Assembly: GCA_025055455.1 (NCBI GenBank)
Contig: JANWXD010000020.1
Span: forward strand, 1,593-65,592
Direction of reading: 5' to 3'
Source: Bryobacteraceae bacterium
Lineage (GTDB): Bacteria > Acidobacteriota > Terriglobia > Bryobacterales > Bryobacteraceae
Length of the DNA: 64,000 nucleotides
The translations under genes were made by a program, and so were the position numbers. Shown in pieces: positions 39,988 through 48,801 of this stretch (position 1 is the first letter of the stretch; each line of letters starts with the position of its first letter). The notes under the pieces were generated by a model, which was given only the letters and a program-made list of their open reading frames with translations, was not told the origin of the DNA and ran no database searches.

Positions 39988-41154
39988 ATGACGGTTGGCG
40001 TCCCGAAGGAAACTTATCCTGGCGAGCGGCGTGTGGCCCTCGTCCCGGCCGTCGTACCCTCGCTGCGAAAGGCGGCGCTCGATGTGCTCGTGGAGTCCGG
40101 TGCGGGCCTGGAAGCCGGTTTTGCCGACTCGGCTTATGCGGAGAAAGGAGCACGGATCGCCGGCAGCCGTGAGGAAGTTTTCGAAGCCGCCGACGTCATC
40201 GTGCAAGTGCGGGCGTACGGGAGCAACCCCGAGGCGGGTGGCAATGACTTGAGGTTGCTGAGAGCGAGCCACACGGTGATCGGGTTTTTCGACCCGCTGG
40301 GGGCGCCCGAGCGCGTGCGGGACGCCGCCGGCACGGGAGCGACCCTGTTCGCCCTGGAGCTGATGCCCCGCATCACGCGCGCACAGGGGATGGACGCACT
40401 GTCCTCGATGGCTACGATCGCCGGCTACAAAGCTGTCATCCTCGCCGCGGAGCGGCTGTCGAAAATTTTCCCCATGCTGATGACGGCCGCCGGAACGCTG
40501 GCGCCGGCTCGCGTCTTTGTGATCGGGGCGGGGGTGGCCGGCTTGCAAGCCATCGCCACGGCCAAGCGGCTTGGCGGCGTCGTGCAGGCCTATGATGTAC
40601 GGCCCTCGGTCAAGGAGCAGGTGCAGAGCGTGGGAGCCAAGTTCGTGGAGTTGCCCCTTGAAACCGCCGGCGCCGAAGACACGGGCGGATACGCCCGCGC
40701 GTTCGATGAATCCTTCTACCGGCGGCAGCGCGAACTCATGGCTCGAGTAGTGGCCGACAGCGACGTCGTGATCTCGACAGCGGCGGTACCGGGCGAACGG
40801 GCTCCGATCCTCATCACCGAGCCAATGGTGGCCTCCATGGCCCCCGGGTCGGTGATCGTGGATTTGGCGGCGGAGCGCGGCGGCAACTGCGAGCTGACCC
40901 GTCCGGGCGAAACGGTCACGGTTCACGGCGTGTCGATCCTCGGCCCGCTGAACCTGCCGGCGACCGTGCCTCACCATGCCAGCCAGATGTACGCCCGCAA
41001 CGTGGCCACCTTCCTCACTCACCTGATCAAGAATGGAACGTTGACCCTGGATGGGGACGACGCCATCACGCGCGATACCCTGATCGCGCGCCACGGTCAG
41101 GTGGTGCACCCGCGCGTGCTCGAAAAGCTCCAAGTCATCGTCAGGGAGAATTGA
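39988..41154 (+). CDS. pntAA: NAD(P) transhydrogenase subunit alpha, part 1
   Basis: VGVPKETYPGERRVALVP and VIGAGVAGLQAIATAKRLGG (NAD-binding). ORF trimmed to the ATG at 39988. Confidence 0.9.
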   Translation: MTVGVPKETYPGERRVALVPAVVPSLRKAALDVLVESGAGLEAGFADSAYAEKGARIAGSREEVFEAADVIVQVRAYGSNPEAGGNDLRLLRASHTVIGFFDPLGAPERVRDAAGTGATLFALELMPRITRAQGMDALSSMATIAGYKAVILAAERLSKIFPMLMTAAGTLAPARVFVIGAGVAGLQAIATAKRLGGVVQAYDVRPSVKEQVQSVGAKFVELPLETAGAEDTGGYARAFDESFYRRQRELMARVVADSDVVISTAAVPGERAPILITEPMVASMAPGSVIVDLAAERGGNCELTRPGETVTVHGVSILGPLNLPATVPHHASQMYARNVATFLTHLIKNGTLTLDGDDAITRDTLIARHGQVVHPRVLEKLQVIVREN

Positions 41155-41433
41155 ATGGAGACTCTGGTCGCCGCCATCACGATTTTCGTGCTGGCGATCT
41201 TCGTCGGATTCGAGGTCATCACCAAGGTTCCGCCAACGCTCCACACGCCGCTGATGTCCGGCTCGAACGCCATCTCCGGCATTACGATCGTGGGAGCGAT
41301 TCTTTCTGCCGGTACGCAGCACACCACGCTCACCACGGTGCTGGGCTTCTTGGCTGTGGTCTTTGCCACGATCAACGTGGTCGGCGGCTTCCTGGTGACC
41401 CACCGCATGCTCGAAATGTTCCGGAGGAAGTAG
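41155..41433 (+). CDS. pntAB: NAD(P) transhydrogenase subunit alpha, part 2 (membrane)
   Basis: 92-aa 3-TM protein (LHTPLMSGSNAISGI). Starts immediately after the pntAA stop. Confidence 0.88.
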   Translation: METLVAAITIFVLAIFVGFEVITKVPPTLHTPLMSGSNAISGITIVGAILSAGTQHTTLTTVLGFLAVVFATINVVGGFLVTHRMLEMFRRK

Positions 41434-41436
41434 CCG

Positions 41437-42831
41437 ATGCCGGCCTACCTGGTCAACCTGGCCTACTTGCTCGCTTCGGCGCTGTTCATCTTCGGCCTGA
41501 AAGGCTTGGCGCACCCCCGCACGGCGGTACGGGGCAACCTGCTCGGCGCCACGGGGATGCTCATCGCCATCGTGGTGACCCTCGCCGACCGGAGCATTCT
41601 GAGCTACGAACTGATCGTGGCCGGCTTTGTGGTGGGCGGGTTCGCCGGTGCGGTGATGGCGGTTAAAGTGCCCATGACGGGGATGCCGCAGATGGTGGCC
41701 CTGTTGAACGGCTTCGGGGGCGCAGCGTCAGCGCTCGTGGCCGGCGCCGCCCTTTTCGAGGCCCATGCGGCAGGTCTGGAGCTGAGCCGGCAATTCACCG
41801 TGGCCACGGCGGCATCGGCGCTGATTGGTGGCGTCACGTTCTGGGGCAGCCTCGTGGCCTTCGCCAAGCTCCAGGAGCTGATCTCGGGCCACGCTGTCGT
41901 CTTCCGCGGCCAGCATGTCTTGAACGCCCTCATCGCGGCGGTGTGTCTGGCACTGGGAATCTGGCTCGTCGCGGAGCCGGAAACCGACCGTGTCTACTGG
42001 TTGCTCGTGGCGGCTTCGTCCGTGCTCGGCGTACTCACCACGATCCCGATCGGCGGCGCCGACATGCCGGTCGTCATCTCACTGCTGAACTCGTACTCCG
42101 GACTGGCGGCGGCGGCCACCGGATTCGTTTTGTCCAACAACATGCTCATTATCGCGGGCTCGCTAGTGGGCGCTTCGGGCCTCATCCTCACCCAAATCAT
42201 GTGCCGGGCCATGAACCGCTCCCTCGCCAACGTCTTGTTCGGTGGTCTCGGGGCGGTGGCGGTCAGCAAGGCCGAGGAGGACAAAGTCTACGCGGGTAAA
42301 GTCAAGGCCGCCTCGCCCGAGGAGATCGCCATGATGCTCGAGACGGCGCGACGGGTGATCATCGTGCCGGGCTACGGCATGGCCGTCTCGCAAGCCCAAC
42401 ACGCGGTTCAGGCTCTGGCCAAGCTGCTCGAGTCCCGGGGCACGGAGGTGCTTTACGCCATTCACCCGGTGGCAGGCCGCATGCCCGGTCACATGAACGT
42501 GCTGCTCGCGGAAGCCGACGTGCCCTACGAGGCGCTGAAGGACATGGACGAAGTCAATCCGCTCTTTCCCGAAACGGATGTGGCCATCGTCATCGGCGCC
42601 AACGACGTGGTGAATCCGTTGGCGCGCACGGACCCCAAATCGCCCATTGCCGGCATGCCCATCCTGGACGTGGACAAGGCGCGCACGGTGGTGGTGATCA
42701 AACGCAGCCTCAGCCCCGGGTTCGCCGGGATTCCGAACCCCTTGTTCGCGGCGGACAACACCTTGATGTACTTCTCCGACGGCAAGAAGGCCGTCAACGA
42801 CCTGATCCACGCCCTCAAAGAAGCGGCGTGA
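41437..42831 (+). CDS. pntB: NAD(P) transhydrogenase subunit beta
   Basis: Membrane N-terminal half plus NADP(H) domain (VPGYGMAVSQAQH, YAIHPVAGRMPGHMNVLLAEADVPY). Confidence 0.92.
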   Translation: MPAYLVNLAYLLASALFIFGLKGLAHPRTAVRGNLLGATGMLIAIVVTLADRSILSYELIVAGFVVGGFAGAVMAVKVPMTGMPQMVALLNGFGGAASALVAGAALFEAHAAGLELSRQFTVATAASALIGGVTFWGSLVAFAKLQELISGHAVVFRGQHVLNALIAAVCLALGIWLVAEPETDRVYWLLVAASSVLGVLTTIPIGGADMPVVISLLNSYSGLAAAATGFVLSNNMLIIAGSLVGASGLILTQIMCRAMNRSLANVLFGGLGAVAVSKAEEDKVYAGKVKAASPEEIAMMLETARRVIIVPGYGMAVSQAQHAVQALAKLLESRGTEVLYAIHPVAGRMPGHMNVLLAEADVPYEALKDMDEVNPLFPETDVAIVIGANDVVNPLARTDPKSPIAGMPILDVDKARTVVVIKRSLSPGFAGIPNPLFAADNTLMYFSDGKKAVNDLIHALKEAA

Positions 42832-42889
42832 GAGCCACGTGCGGGGTCAAGGGCCGCGGCCGGCGCTCGAGTTGCCGGGGCGGCATTCC

Positions 42890-44038
42890 TCAAGACGCTC
42901 GTTTTTCTGCCGCCTCCTGGCGGGTCGCCACCAGCGGCCGCAGCGTGGCCAGCGTTTTCAGTGCGTTGAACCAGAAGGGCGCGCCCAGGCTGAGCAAACC
43001 CGCGGAGATCAGAATGCCCCAGAACTGGCGGTTCAATGGGCACATACTCCACAGCAGCGCCCGCCCACTTGGGTAGGGATCGGGCAGTAGCGTCAGGCGG
43101 CTCTCGGAGAGCTCGGCCCGCAGGGCGCCGGCTTGATCCTCGAGCCGGTCCAGAGCGGCCGCGAGCTTGCTGCTGACGATTTCGCGGTACCGCCGGATGA
43201 GAGGCTCGGCGCCCGCGGCGAGTTGCGCCCGTAACCAGACCTCCGCATCCAGGCGCGTGGTGAAGGCGGGCGGGTCGGGCAACCCGCTCGCTTCCGGCGC
43301 CTGTTGCTTCAACTCGCGGACGGCTTCGCTATACACCCACGGGATCGCACTCGACGATGGGCTGAGGATGGCGGCGGCCTGCTGGGCGACGGCATCCGCG
43401 CTCGCCACCAGGCGGGCGCGCACGTCGGCATGGAGCGAAAGCCGTTCGAGCAGCTTCGCCGCGTCGAGCTGAAGGCCGAAAGCCAGGACTGCGGAAAAAA
43501 TCACGGTCAACAACCGCATCTGGGCGGCAAATCGTTGTGACGCTCGGTCCATCGCAGTATCGAACCAGACCCGGAACGCCGCGATGCGGTCCGCGGCCCC
43601 GGCAATCGTTCCCGCCACGGCCGCGGCGGCTTTGCGGAGATCCTCCGGGTAGCGCCCGGCCGCGTCCTTGGCCATCGCCTCGATGACGCCGACCAGCTCG
43701 TCGGGCCGGACCGCCGTTGCCAACCGCCACCGCTCCAATTTCGGCCAGTTGGAATTCGATGTTGGCCGGTGGGAATCCGATTTCCAACGGTAGGAACCCA
43801 AGTTCGCGAAGTTGGAATCGGAGATCAGCGGATGCAACAAGGCCTCGGTGGCAAGGGCCCGCGCGTGCTCGGCAACGTTGGGGCACAGCGCGTCAATCAA
43901 TTCCGCCACCGTCCGCCGCAGGTTCACTCCGCGCAGCCCGAGCAGCGCCGAGGTGGCTTGGACGAGTAGCGTAATCATGAGGCTCAGGATGGCCATCACC
44001 ACCGCAAAGGCGATCAGCGTGTCCAGGTGCTGTAACAT
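42890..44038 (-). CDS. hypothetical membrane protein (3 predicted TM segments and a long helical soluble region)
   Basis: 382-aa ORF. N-terminal TM (LIAFAVVMAILSLMITLLV), central TM (LLTVIFSAVLAFGL), C-terminal TM with GAPFWFNALKTL. No family recognised. Confidence 0.55.
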   Translation of the reverse strand: MLQHLDTLIAFAVVMAILSLMITLLVQATSALLGLRGVNLRRTVAELIDALCPNVAEHARALATEALLHPLISDSNFANLGSYRWKSDSHRPTSNSNWPKLERWRLATAVRPDELVGVIEAMAKDAAGRYPEDLRKAAAAVAGTIAGAADRIAAFRVWFDTAMDRASQRFAAQMRLLTVIFSAVLAFGLQLDAAKLLERLSLHADVRARLVASADAVAQQAAAILSPSSSAIPWVYSEAVRELKQQAPEASGLPDPPAFTTRLDAEVWLRAQLAAGAEPLIRRYREIVSSKLAAALDRLEDQAGALRAELSESRLTLLPDPYPSGRALLWSMCPLNRQFWGILISAGLLSLGAPFWFNALKTLATLRPLVATRQEAAEKRAS

Positions 44039-44074
44039 CGGGCACCTCCACCGCGGACAGTGTACCCTGAGGGC

Positions 44075-45004
44075 TCAGGTAGCCGTGCTAGGACGCACTG
44101 ACGGCGCGATGAGCCGAAGCACTCGGGGCAGCACCCGAACCTCCACGGGCAAGCTGCCGAACGGCTCGCCGTCGGTCTCCACTTCGACCGAGCCCGAAGA
44201 CTCCGCCAGCAGCCGCCGGGCGCGGTACCGCTCCACCCTGGGGTGTCGGGAGATCATCCCGCGGTACAGCCAATGCACACTTCGCAACAGGTCCGGAACA
44301 CCGACCGGCCGGATCACCGTGACGTCCAGCCAGCCGTCGTCGAGCCGTGCCGTCGGGCAGAGCTCCATGCCTGCGCCCTGAAACCGTCCGTTGCCGACCG
44401 CCACGTGCGTCACCGGTCCGGAAACCGGCTCGGGCGCGTCCTCCAGGGCGATAGCGATGGGCGCGGGTTTGTGGCAGCTCAGTTCTGTGAGGACCGCGCG
44501 AAAATAGCGCCACGGGCTCCAGGACCGCGCCTCGCTTGCGCGCAAGCGCCGGGCTACGGCGGCCCCCAGGCCGAAACTCGCGACATTCAGGAAAAAGCGG
44601 CGGCCCGAGGTGGCCGACCGGATCTCACCGACGTCCACCGACGCCACGACGCCCCGCGCCAGCACTTCGACTGCCGCCTCCGGGCGGCGTGGAATGCCGA
44701 CGCTGCGGGCGAAATCGCTGGCGCTGCCCAGAGGAAGAACGCCGAGGGCACTGCCGCGGCCCTCGGCCAGAACGGCGTTGGCCGCTTCGTGCGCCGTGCC
44801 GTCGCCGCCGGCCGCCACGACGCATTCCAGGCCGGCCCGGATCATGGCCCGCGCCAGCTCAAAACCCTCTCCGGGACCGGACGTAAACTCGACGGCGCTC
44901 GGCTTCAGCCGCTGGAGCACGAGGTGCCGGATTCGGGCCCACTGCCGCTGTGCCCGGCCGCCGCCGGCCAAGGGGTTCACCACAATTCCCGTCGGTCCTA
45001 CCAC
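44075..45004 (-). CDS. diacylglycerol kinase-family lipid kinase (YegS/BmrU-like)
   Basis: IVVNPLAGGGRA and VVAAGGDGTAHEAANA motifs. GTG start overlaps the upstream stop by 7 nt. Confidence 0.8.
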   Translation of the reverse strand: MVGPTGIVVNPLAGGGRAQRQWARIRHLVLQRLKPSAVEFTSGPGEGFELARAMIRAGLECVVAAGGDGTAHEAANAVLAEGRGSALGVLPLGSASDFARSVGIPRRPEAAVEVLARGVVASVDVGEIRSATSGRRFFLNVASFGLGAAVARRLRASEARSWSPWRYFRAVLTELSCHKPAPIAIALEDAPEPVSGPVTHVAVGNGRFQGAGMELCPTARLDDGWLDVTVIRPVGVPDLLRSVHWLYRGMISRHPRVERYRARRLLAESSGSVEVETDGEPFGSLPVEVRVLPRVLRLIAPSVRPSTAT

Positions 45005-45567
45005 ACCAGGGGGATAAAGCGCTTAGTCCGCCGGCAATAGTCTTCGTAACCCGGCAGAGCGGCGGCCAGCAGTCGTTCCTCCCGCAAAGCTTGGTAGACC
45101 ACAACCGCCGCCAGCGGTACTACGCCGACCACGAGCCAAGAGTTCACCGCAAGCTCCAGCCCAAGCAACAGCAGCAGGTCACCCGTGTAAATGGGATGCC
45201 GCAGGTAGCGGTAAATGCCCCGCGAAACCAAGGCCTGCGAGGGGCGCACACCCTCGGCCTCGATATCGGCCCAGCTGCCGCCGAGCTGAATCCGCGCTGT
45301 AATGGCCAGCAGCAAGCCGCCGGTGAAGAGCACTGCCCCCACCGCTCGCAGCAGCCCGGGATCGGAGGCCAACGGCCAGATGTCCGGAAGCAGCGTTTGC
45401 GCTACGATTACCGCCAGGATGACGAGCTTGGCAGCCTTGGCAGCGACTGCCTTCAACGAGATGGCCCCGACCGTTTCCGACCGTACCCCGCGGCGCTTCC
45501 AGATCTCCCAAATCAGCTTGTGCGCCACCAGCCCCGCCAGAAGATACACGCGCAGGGGATCCATCAC
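44998..45567 (-). CDS. isoprenylcysteine carboxyl methyltransferase (ICMT)/phospholipid methyltransferase-family membrane protein
   Basis: LVSRGIYRYLRHPIYTGDLLLLLG motif. Polytopic, 189 aa. Start overlaps the upstream stop by 4 nt. Confidence 0.75.
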   Translation of the reverse strand: MMDPLRVYLLAGLVAHKLIWEIWKRRGVRSETVGAISLKAVAAKAAKLVILAVIVAQTLLPDIWPLASDPGLLRAVGAVLFTGGLLLAITARIQLGGSWADIEAEGVRPSQALVSRGIYRYLRHPIYTGDLLLLLGLELAVNSWLVVGVVPLAAVVVYQALREERLLAAALPGYEDYCRRTKRFIPLVW

Positions 45568-46502
45568 CGCGCTCCGGAATCGTGACGTGCCGGGCTTTCC
45601 AGGTGTTCGACGGGGCGGCTCTCGACGCCCGTCACGAGGTTGGCGTTAAGCTTCCCCAACCGCATGGCTAGGGCGTCGGCGAGCATCCCGATCAGCAGCA
45701 GCAGCAGGGCGCTCATCAAGGCCAGCAGGGCGGAGGCGGAGATGTTCGGGTCGCGGCTGAGGTCAATGGACATCTTGACAATGCCGTAGAGCAAGCAGAT
45801 CACCACCAGAGGGAGAAATACCCGCAGCGGGCGGAACAGCATCGCCATGCGCAGGATCAGCACCAAGAAACTGCCGGCGTCCCAGGGCACGATTTTCGAG
45901 CGGCCCTTGCGGGGGCGGTATTCGATGGGCACGTACGCCACGGCGTAGTTGTCGCAGTGCATTGCCAGCGTGAGGGTAGTTGTCCAGCTGAACTGGTCAG
46001 GCAGGATCGGAAAGTACTGCGCCACCACGTCCCGGCGGAAAACCCGCAGCCCGCTGTTCAGGTCCGGGATGCGCGCCCCGGAGACGTAGTTGGCCAGCCG
46101 GTTGAGCACCCACTTGGCGGGACGGCGCGCCAGGGGGATATGCACGTTGCGACCGACGCGAGCACCCACGACCATGTCGGCGCGCTCGAGGCGCCGGAGC
46201 ATCTCCGGCAGCGCCTCGATGGGGTAAGTGGCGTCGGCATCGAGGATCGCGACCACGTCGTGCCGGGCCGCCGCGATCCCGGTCTTCAGAGCAGCGCCGT
46301 AACCATGATTGCTGCGGTGGCGCAGCACGCGCGCTCCGGCTTCCAGCGCCGCCTGAGCCGTGCCGTCGGTGGAGCCGTCGTCCACCACGAGGATCTCGCC
46401 CGCGATGCCCTCGGCTCTCATGAATCGGCGCAGCTCGCGCACAACTGCCCCGACGCCCTCTTCTTCCTGGTAAGCTGGGATCACGACACTGATTGGTTCC
46501 AT
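45564..46502 (-). CDS. glycosyltransferase family 2, polyprenyl-phosphate glycosyltransferase (GtrB/ArnC-like) with C-terminal TM pair
   Basis: ISVVIPAYQEE, LVVDDGSTDGT, NHGYGAALKTG, LDADATY (DxD), then two C-terminal hydrophobic helices. Confidence 0.82.
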   Translation of the reverse strand: MEPISVVIPAYQEEEGVGAVVRELRRFMRAEGIAGEILVVDDGSTDGTAQAALEAGARVLRHRSNHGYGAALKTGIAAARHDVVAILDADATYPIEALPEMLRRLERADMVVGARVGRNVHIPLARRPAKWVLNRLANYVSGARIPDLNSGLRVFRRDVVAQYFPILPDQFSWTTTLTLAMHCDNYAVAYVPIEYRPRKGRSKIVPWDAGSFLVLILRMAMLFRPLRVFLPLVVICLLYGIVKMSIDLSRDPNISASALLALMSALLLLLIGMLADALAMRLGKLNANLVTGVESRPVEHLESPARHDSGAR

Positions 46503-46731
46503 CGCCCATACCCATCGTCACTTTCGGCGGTCTCCATCGACTTCGCCGCGGCGGAGGGCTCCGATGAGGCTCTGACCCCCTCATCACAACGCCGTGGAAT
46601 CAACGGTCACAAACGCGATTCTACCCCACAGTTTCCTTCGAGCGCCGCCGCCACTCGATACTTGTCGCAATCGTGGAAGCCGCCCCCGGCGCAGAGCAAA
46701 CTGCTCGCAGTGACCCATCCTATCAATTCAA

Positions 46732-46740
46732 TGTTAAACT
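46732..46740 (+). promoter_or_regulatory. candidate extended -10 element (TGtTAAACT) immediately upstream of the start codon
   Basis: TGnTAAACT ends 7 nt before the ATG at 46748. No SD sequence. Would give a leaderless transcript. Confidence 0.2.
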
Positions 46741-46747
46741 ACGGTGC

Positions 46748-48769
46748 ATGATCTTCACACCGAAAGGCCGGGCGCTCCCGGCCTTCTCGGCGCTGCTCGC
46801 TCTGGCCGGGCTCCTCGCAATCGTGCACTCGCGGTCCTCTTCCAACGCCCCAGCCGGCGTGACCGTCACCCTCGAACCGGAGACTACTTTTCAAACGATT
46901 CTCGGCTGGGGCGTCTCGGCACCCCTGCCCGAAGATGTCACTCGCTACCTCCCCGAGGTGGTGCTCGAGGAGCTTCTCAATGACGCCGTGCGGCAGTTCG
47001 GCCTGAACCGAATCCGCTACTTCCCCTCTACTTACGCGGAACCGTGGGAACCGATCAATGACAATGCTAACCCACGTTTGATCAACTTCAACGCATTCAA
47101 CCTATCCTTCCATCAACGCAAAGTTCGCAATTTTTTCGCTCCCTTGAAGACCCGCGTCCAAGCCTTGGGCGAAAGCTTAGACTTCTACCTCAGTTTTAGC
47201 TTCGGACCTATCAATCACTTGCCGGACTGGCTTCTGCAAAATCCACAAGAATATGCCGAACATGTCGTTGCCCTGGCAATGCTCTTGAATGACCAGTATG
47301 GGATGCCACCGAACTACGTGGTGATCCAAAATGAACCTGGCAGCGGACACCCGACTCCCCGTTTCCACGCCGACGTCATTCAGGCCCTCGGTCCTCGATT
47401 GCGGGAGCTCGGCCTTCCAACACGCATACAGTTCGTGGACGGGATCGATGCTCGGACTACATGGCACTACATTCAGGACCTCCAAAATGTAACGGAGATT
47501 TGGCCGTTCGTCGGCCTGCTCTCCCATCACCTTTACGGAACCTCGGACCCCTACCGCAGTCTCATACGAGATTTTGGTGTGGCGCGCGGGATTCCGACTG
47601 GCCAGACCGAAACCATGAATGCCGGAATCCACACACTGTTCGACGATCTGATCCTCGGTGGCGTGTCCTACTGGGAGGCGTCATTCGGCCTTGCGTGGTG
47701 GAACGACCAACCGGGGCGAGGGGCACTGTACCAAATTCCCCTGTCGGGAACGTCCTTTAGCCGACATCCGGACTTTTGGTGCTTCCGGCAGATCACCCAT
47801 TACGTCCGGAGGGGCGCCGTTCGAATTGAGGCGCGAAGTTCGTCTGGGCAGGTGCGCAGCTTGGCGTTCTCAACTGGAGGACGGGCCACCGTGGTGCTAT
47901 ACAACACGGGGCCGGAACAACCGGTTCACGTCCAGAACATCCCCCGGGGTGCCTACGGACTTAGCCGTGTTACGGGAGGAGGGCTACCTGTAGAACTCGG
48001 CGTCAGGAACCTCAGCTCCCCGGGGCCTCTCACGCTAACCCTGCCACCCAACTCCCTCACCACGATCTATCCGTACGAGGGGCCGGACTTGCCGCCCCAA
48101 ATCCTCGATGCCTGGGCCTCGCCACGAGGTCCCATCGGGCCCGGCGCCAAAGTGACGTTGTCGGCTCGGGCCAGCGATCCAGAGCTGGATCCGATTCACT
48201 ACTCTTGGGCCATACGGTCCGCGCCGCCAGGAGCGAGCGTTGCTCTTAGCGCCCCAAAATCCCACACCACAGATGCCTTCGGCTTCTCCGCGCCCGGGGA
48301 TTATGTGTTTACCGTGACCGCACAAAGCAATCATCAATCCGCCCGTCGAGATGTCCTCGTCCGGGTCGCCGTGAGTAATCAACCGCCCCGGCTGATCGAT
48401 CTTCACAACCGAACTCCGTCCGTGGTCGTCTCGCCCGCCGCCGCCACCACGCTTCGCAGCGCGGCCATCGACCCGGAGGGGGACAACGTCCGATTCCAAT
48501 GGCAGGTCGCGGCCCACCCCGCGGGAGCGTCCCCGCGCCTGGCGACTCCTTCAGAATCCTCTTGCTTGGTCTCCGGCTTGACCGTTCCAGGGCTCTACGT
48601 CTTCCAGATCACTCTTCGCGATGGACATAACACTGTTACCGACCAGCTCACCGTCCGTGTGTACCCTCGCGACGTCACGGGGGATAGCATCTTTACCTCG
48701 CCCCAACCGCTGCCGCGGAGTCCGAAGGGCCCCGACGACCGCCCGCGGCTTCCCGGACCGCCCAAGTAG
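46748..48769 (+). CDS. secreted clan GH-A glycoside hydrolase (GH30/GH5-like) with two C-terminal PKD/Ig-like repeats
   Basis: Signal peptide/anchor (ALLALAGLLAIVHS). FQTILGWGVS, VIQNEPG (acid/base NEP) and GQTET (nucleophile). Two repeats of about 95 aa (DPELDPIHYSW... / DPEGDNVRFQW...). ORF trimmed to the ATG at 46748. Confidence 0.6.
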   Translation: MIFTPKGRALPAFSALLALAGLLAIVHSRSSSNAPAGVTVTLEPETTFQTILGWGVSAPLPEDVTRYLPEVVLEELLNDAVRQFGLNRIRYFPSTYAEPWEPINDNANPRLINFNAFNLSFHQRKVRNFFAPLKTRVQALGESLDFYLSFSFGPINHLPDWLLQNPQEYAEHVVALAMLLNDQYGMPPNYVVIQNEPGSGHPTPRFHADVIQALGPRLRELGLPTRIQFVDGIDARTTWHYIQDLQNVTEIWPFVGLLSHHLYGTSDPYRSLIRDFGVARGIPTGQTETMNAGIHTLFDDLILGGVSYWEASFGLAWWNDQPGRGALYQIPLSGTSFSRHPDFWCFRQITHYVRRGAVRIEARSSSGQVRSLAFSTGGRATVVLYNTGPEQPVHVQNIPRGAYGLSRVTGGGLPVELGVRNLSSPGPLTLTLPPNSLTTIYPYEGPDLPPQILDAWASPRGPIGPGAKVTLSARASDPELDPIHYSWAIRSAPPGASVALSAPKSHTTDAFGFSAPGDYVFTVTAQSNHQSARRDVLVRVAVSNQPPRLIDLHNRTPSVVVSPAAATTLRSAAIDPEGDNVRFQWQVAAHPAGASPRLATPSESSCLVSGLTVPGLYVFQITLRDGHNTVTDQLTVRVYPRDVTGDSIFTSPQPLPRSPKGPDDRPRLPGPPK

Positions 48770-48801
48770 GCGCCTGCTCCCCGCCCGGGGTTGTTCCAAA
48801 G

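Noticed and set aside
38763-41514. Two long minus-strand ORFs (38763..39965, 400 aa; 39967..41514, 515 aa).
   Set aside because: They are antisense to the lactonase-family and pntAA/pntAB genes, which have clear family motifs. Their composition is low-complexity and Arg/Gly/His-rich. Rejected as shadow ORFs.
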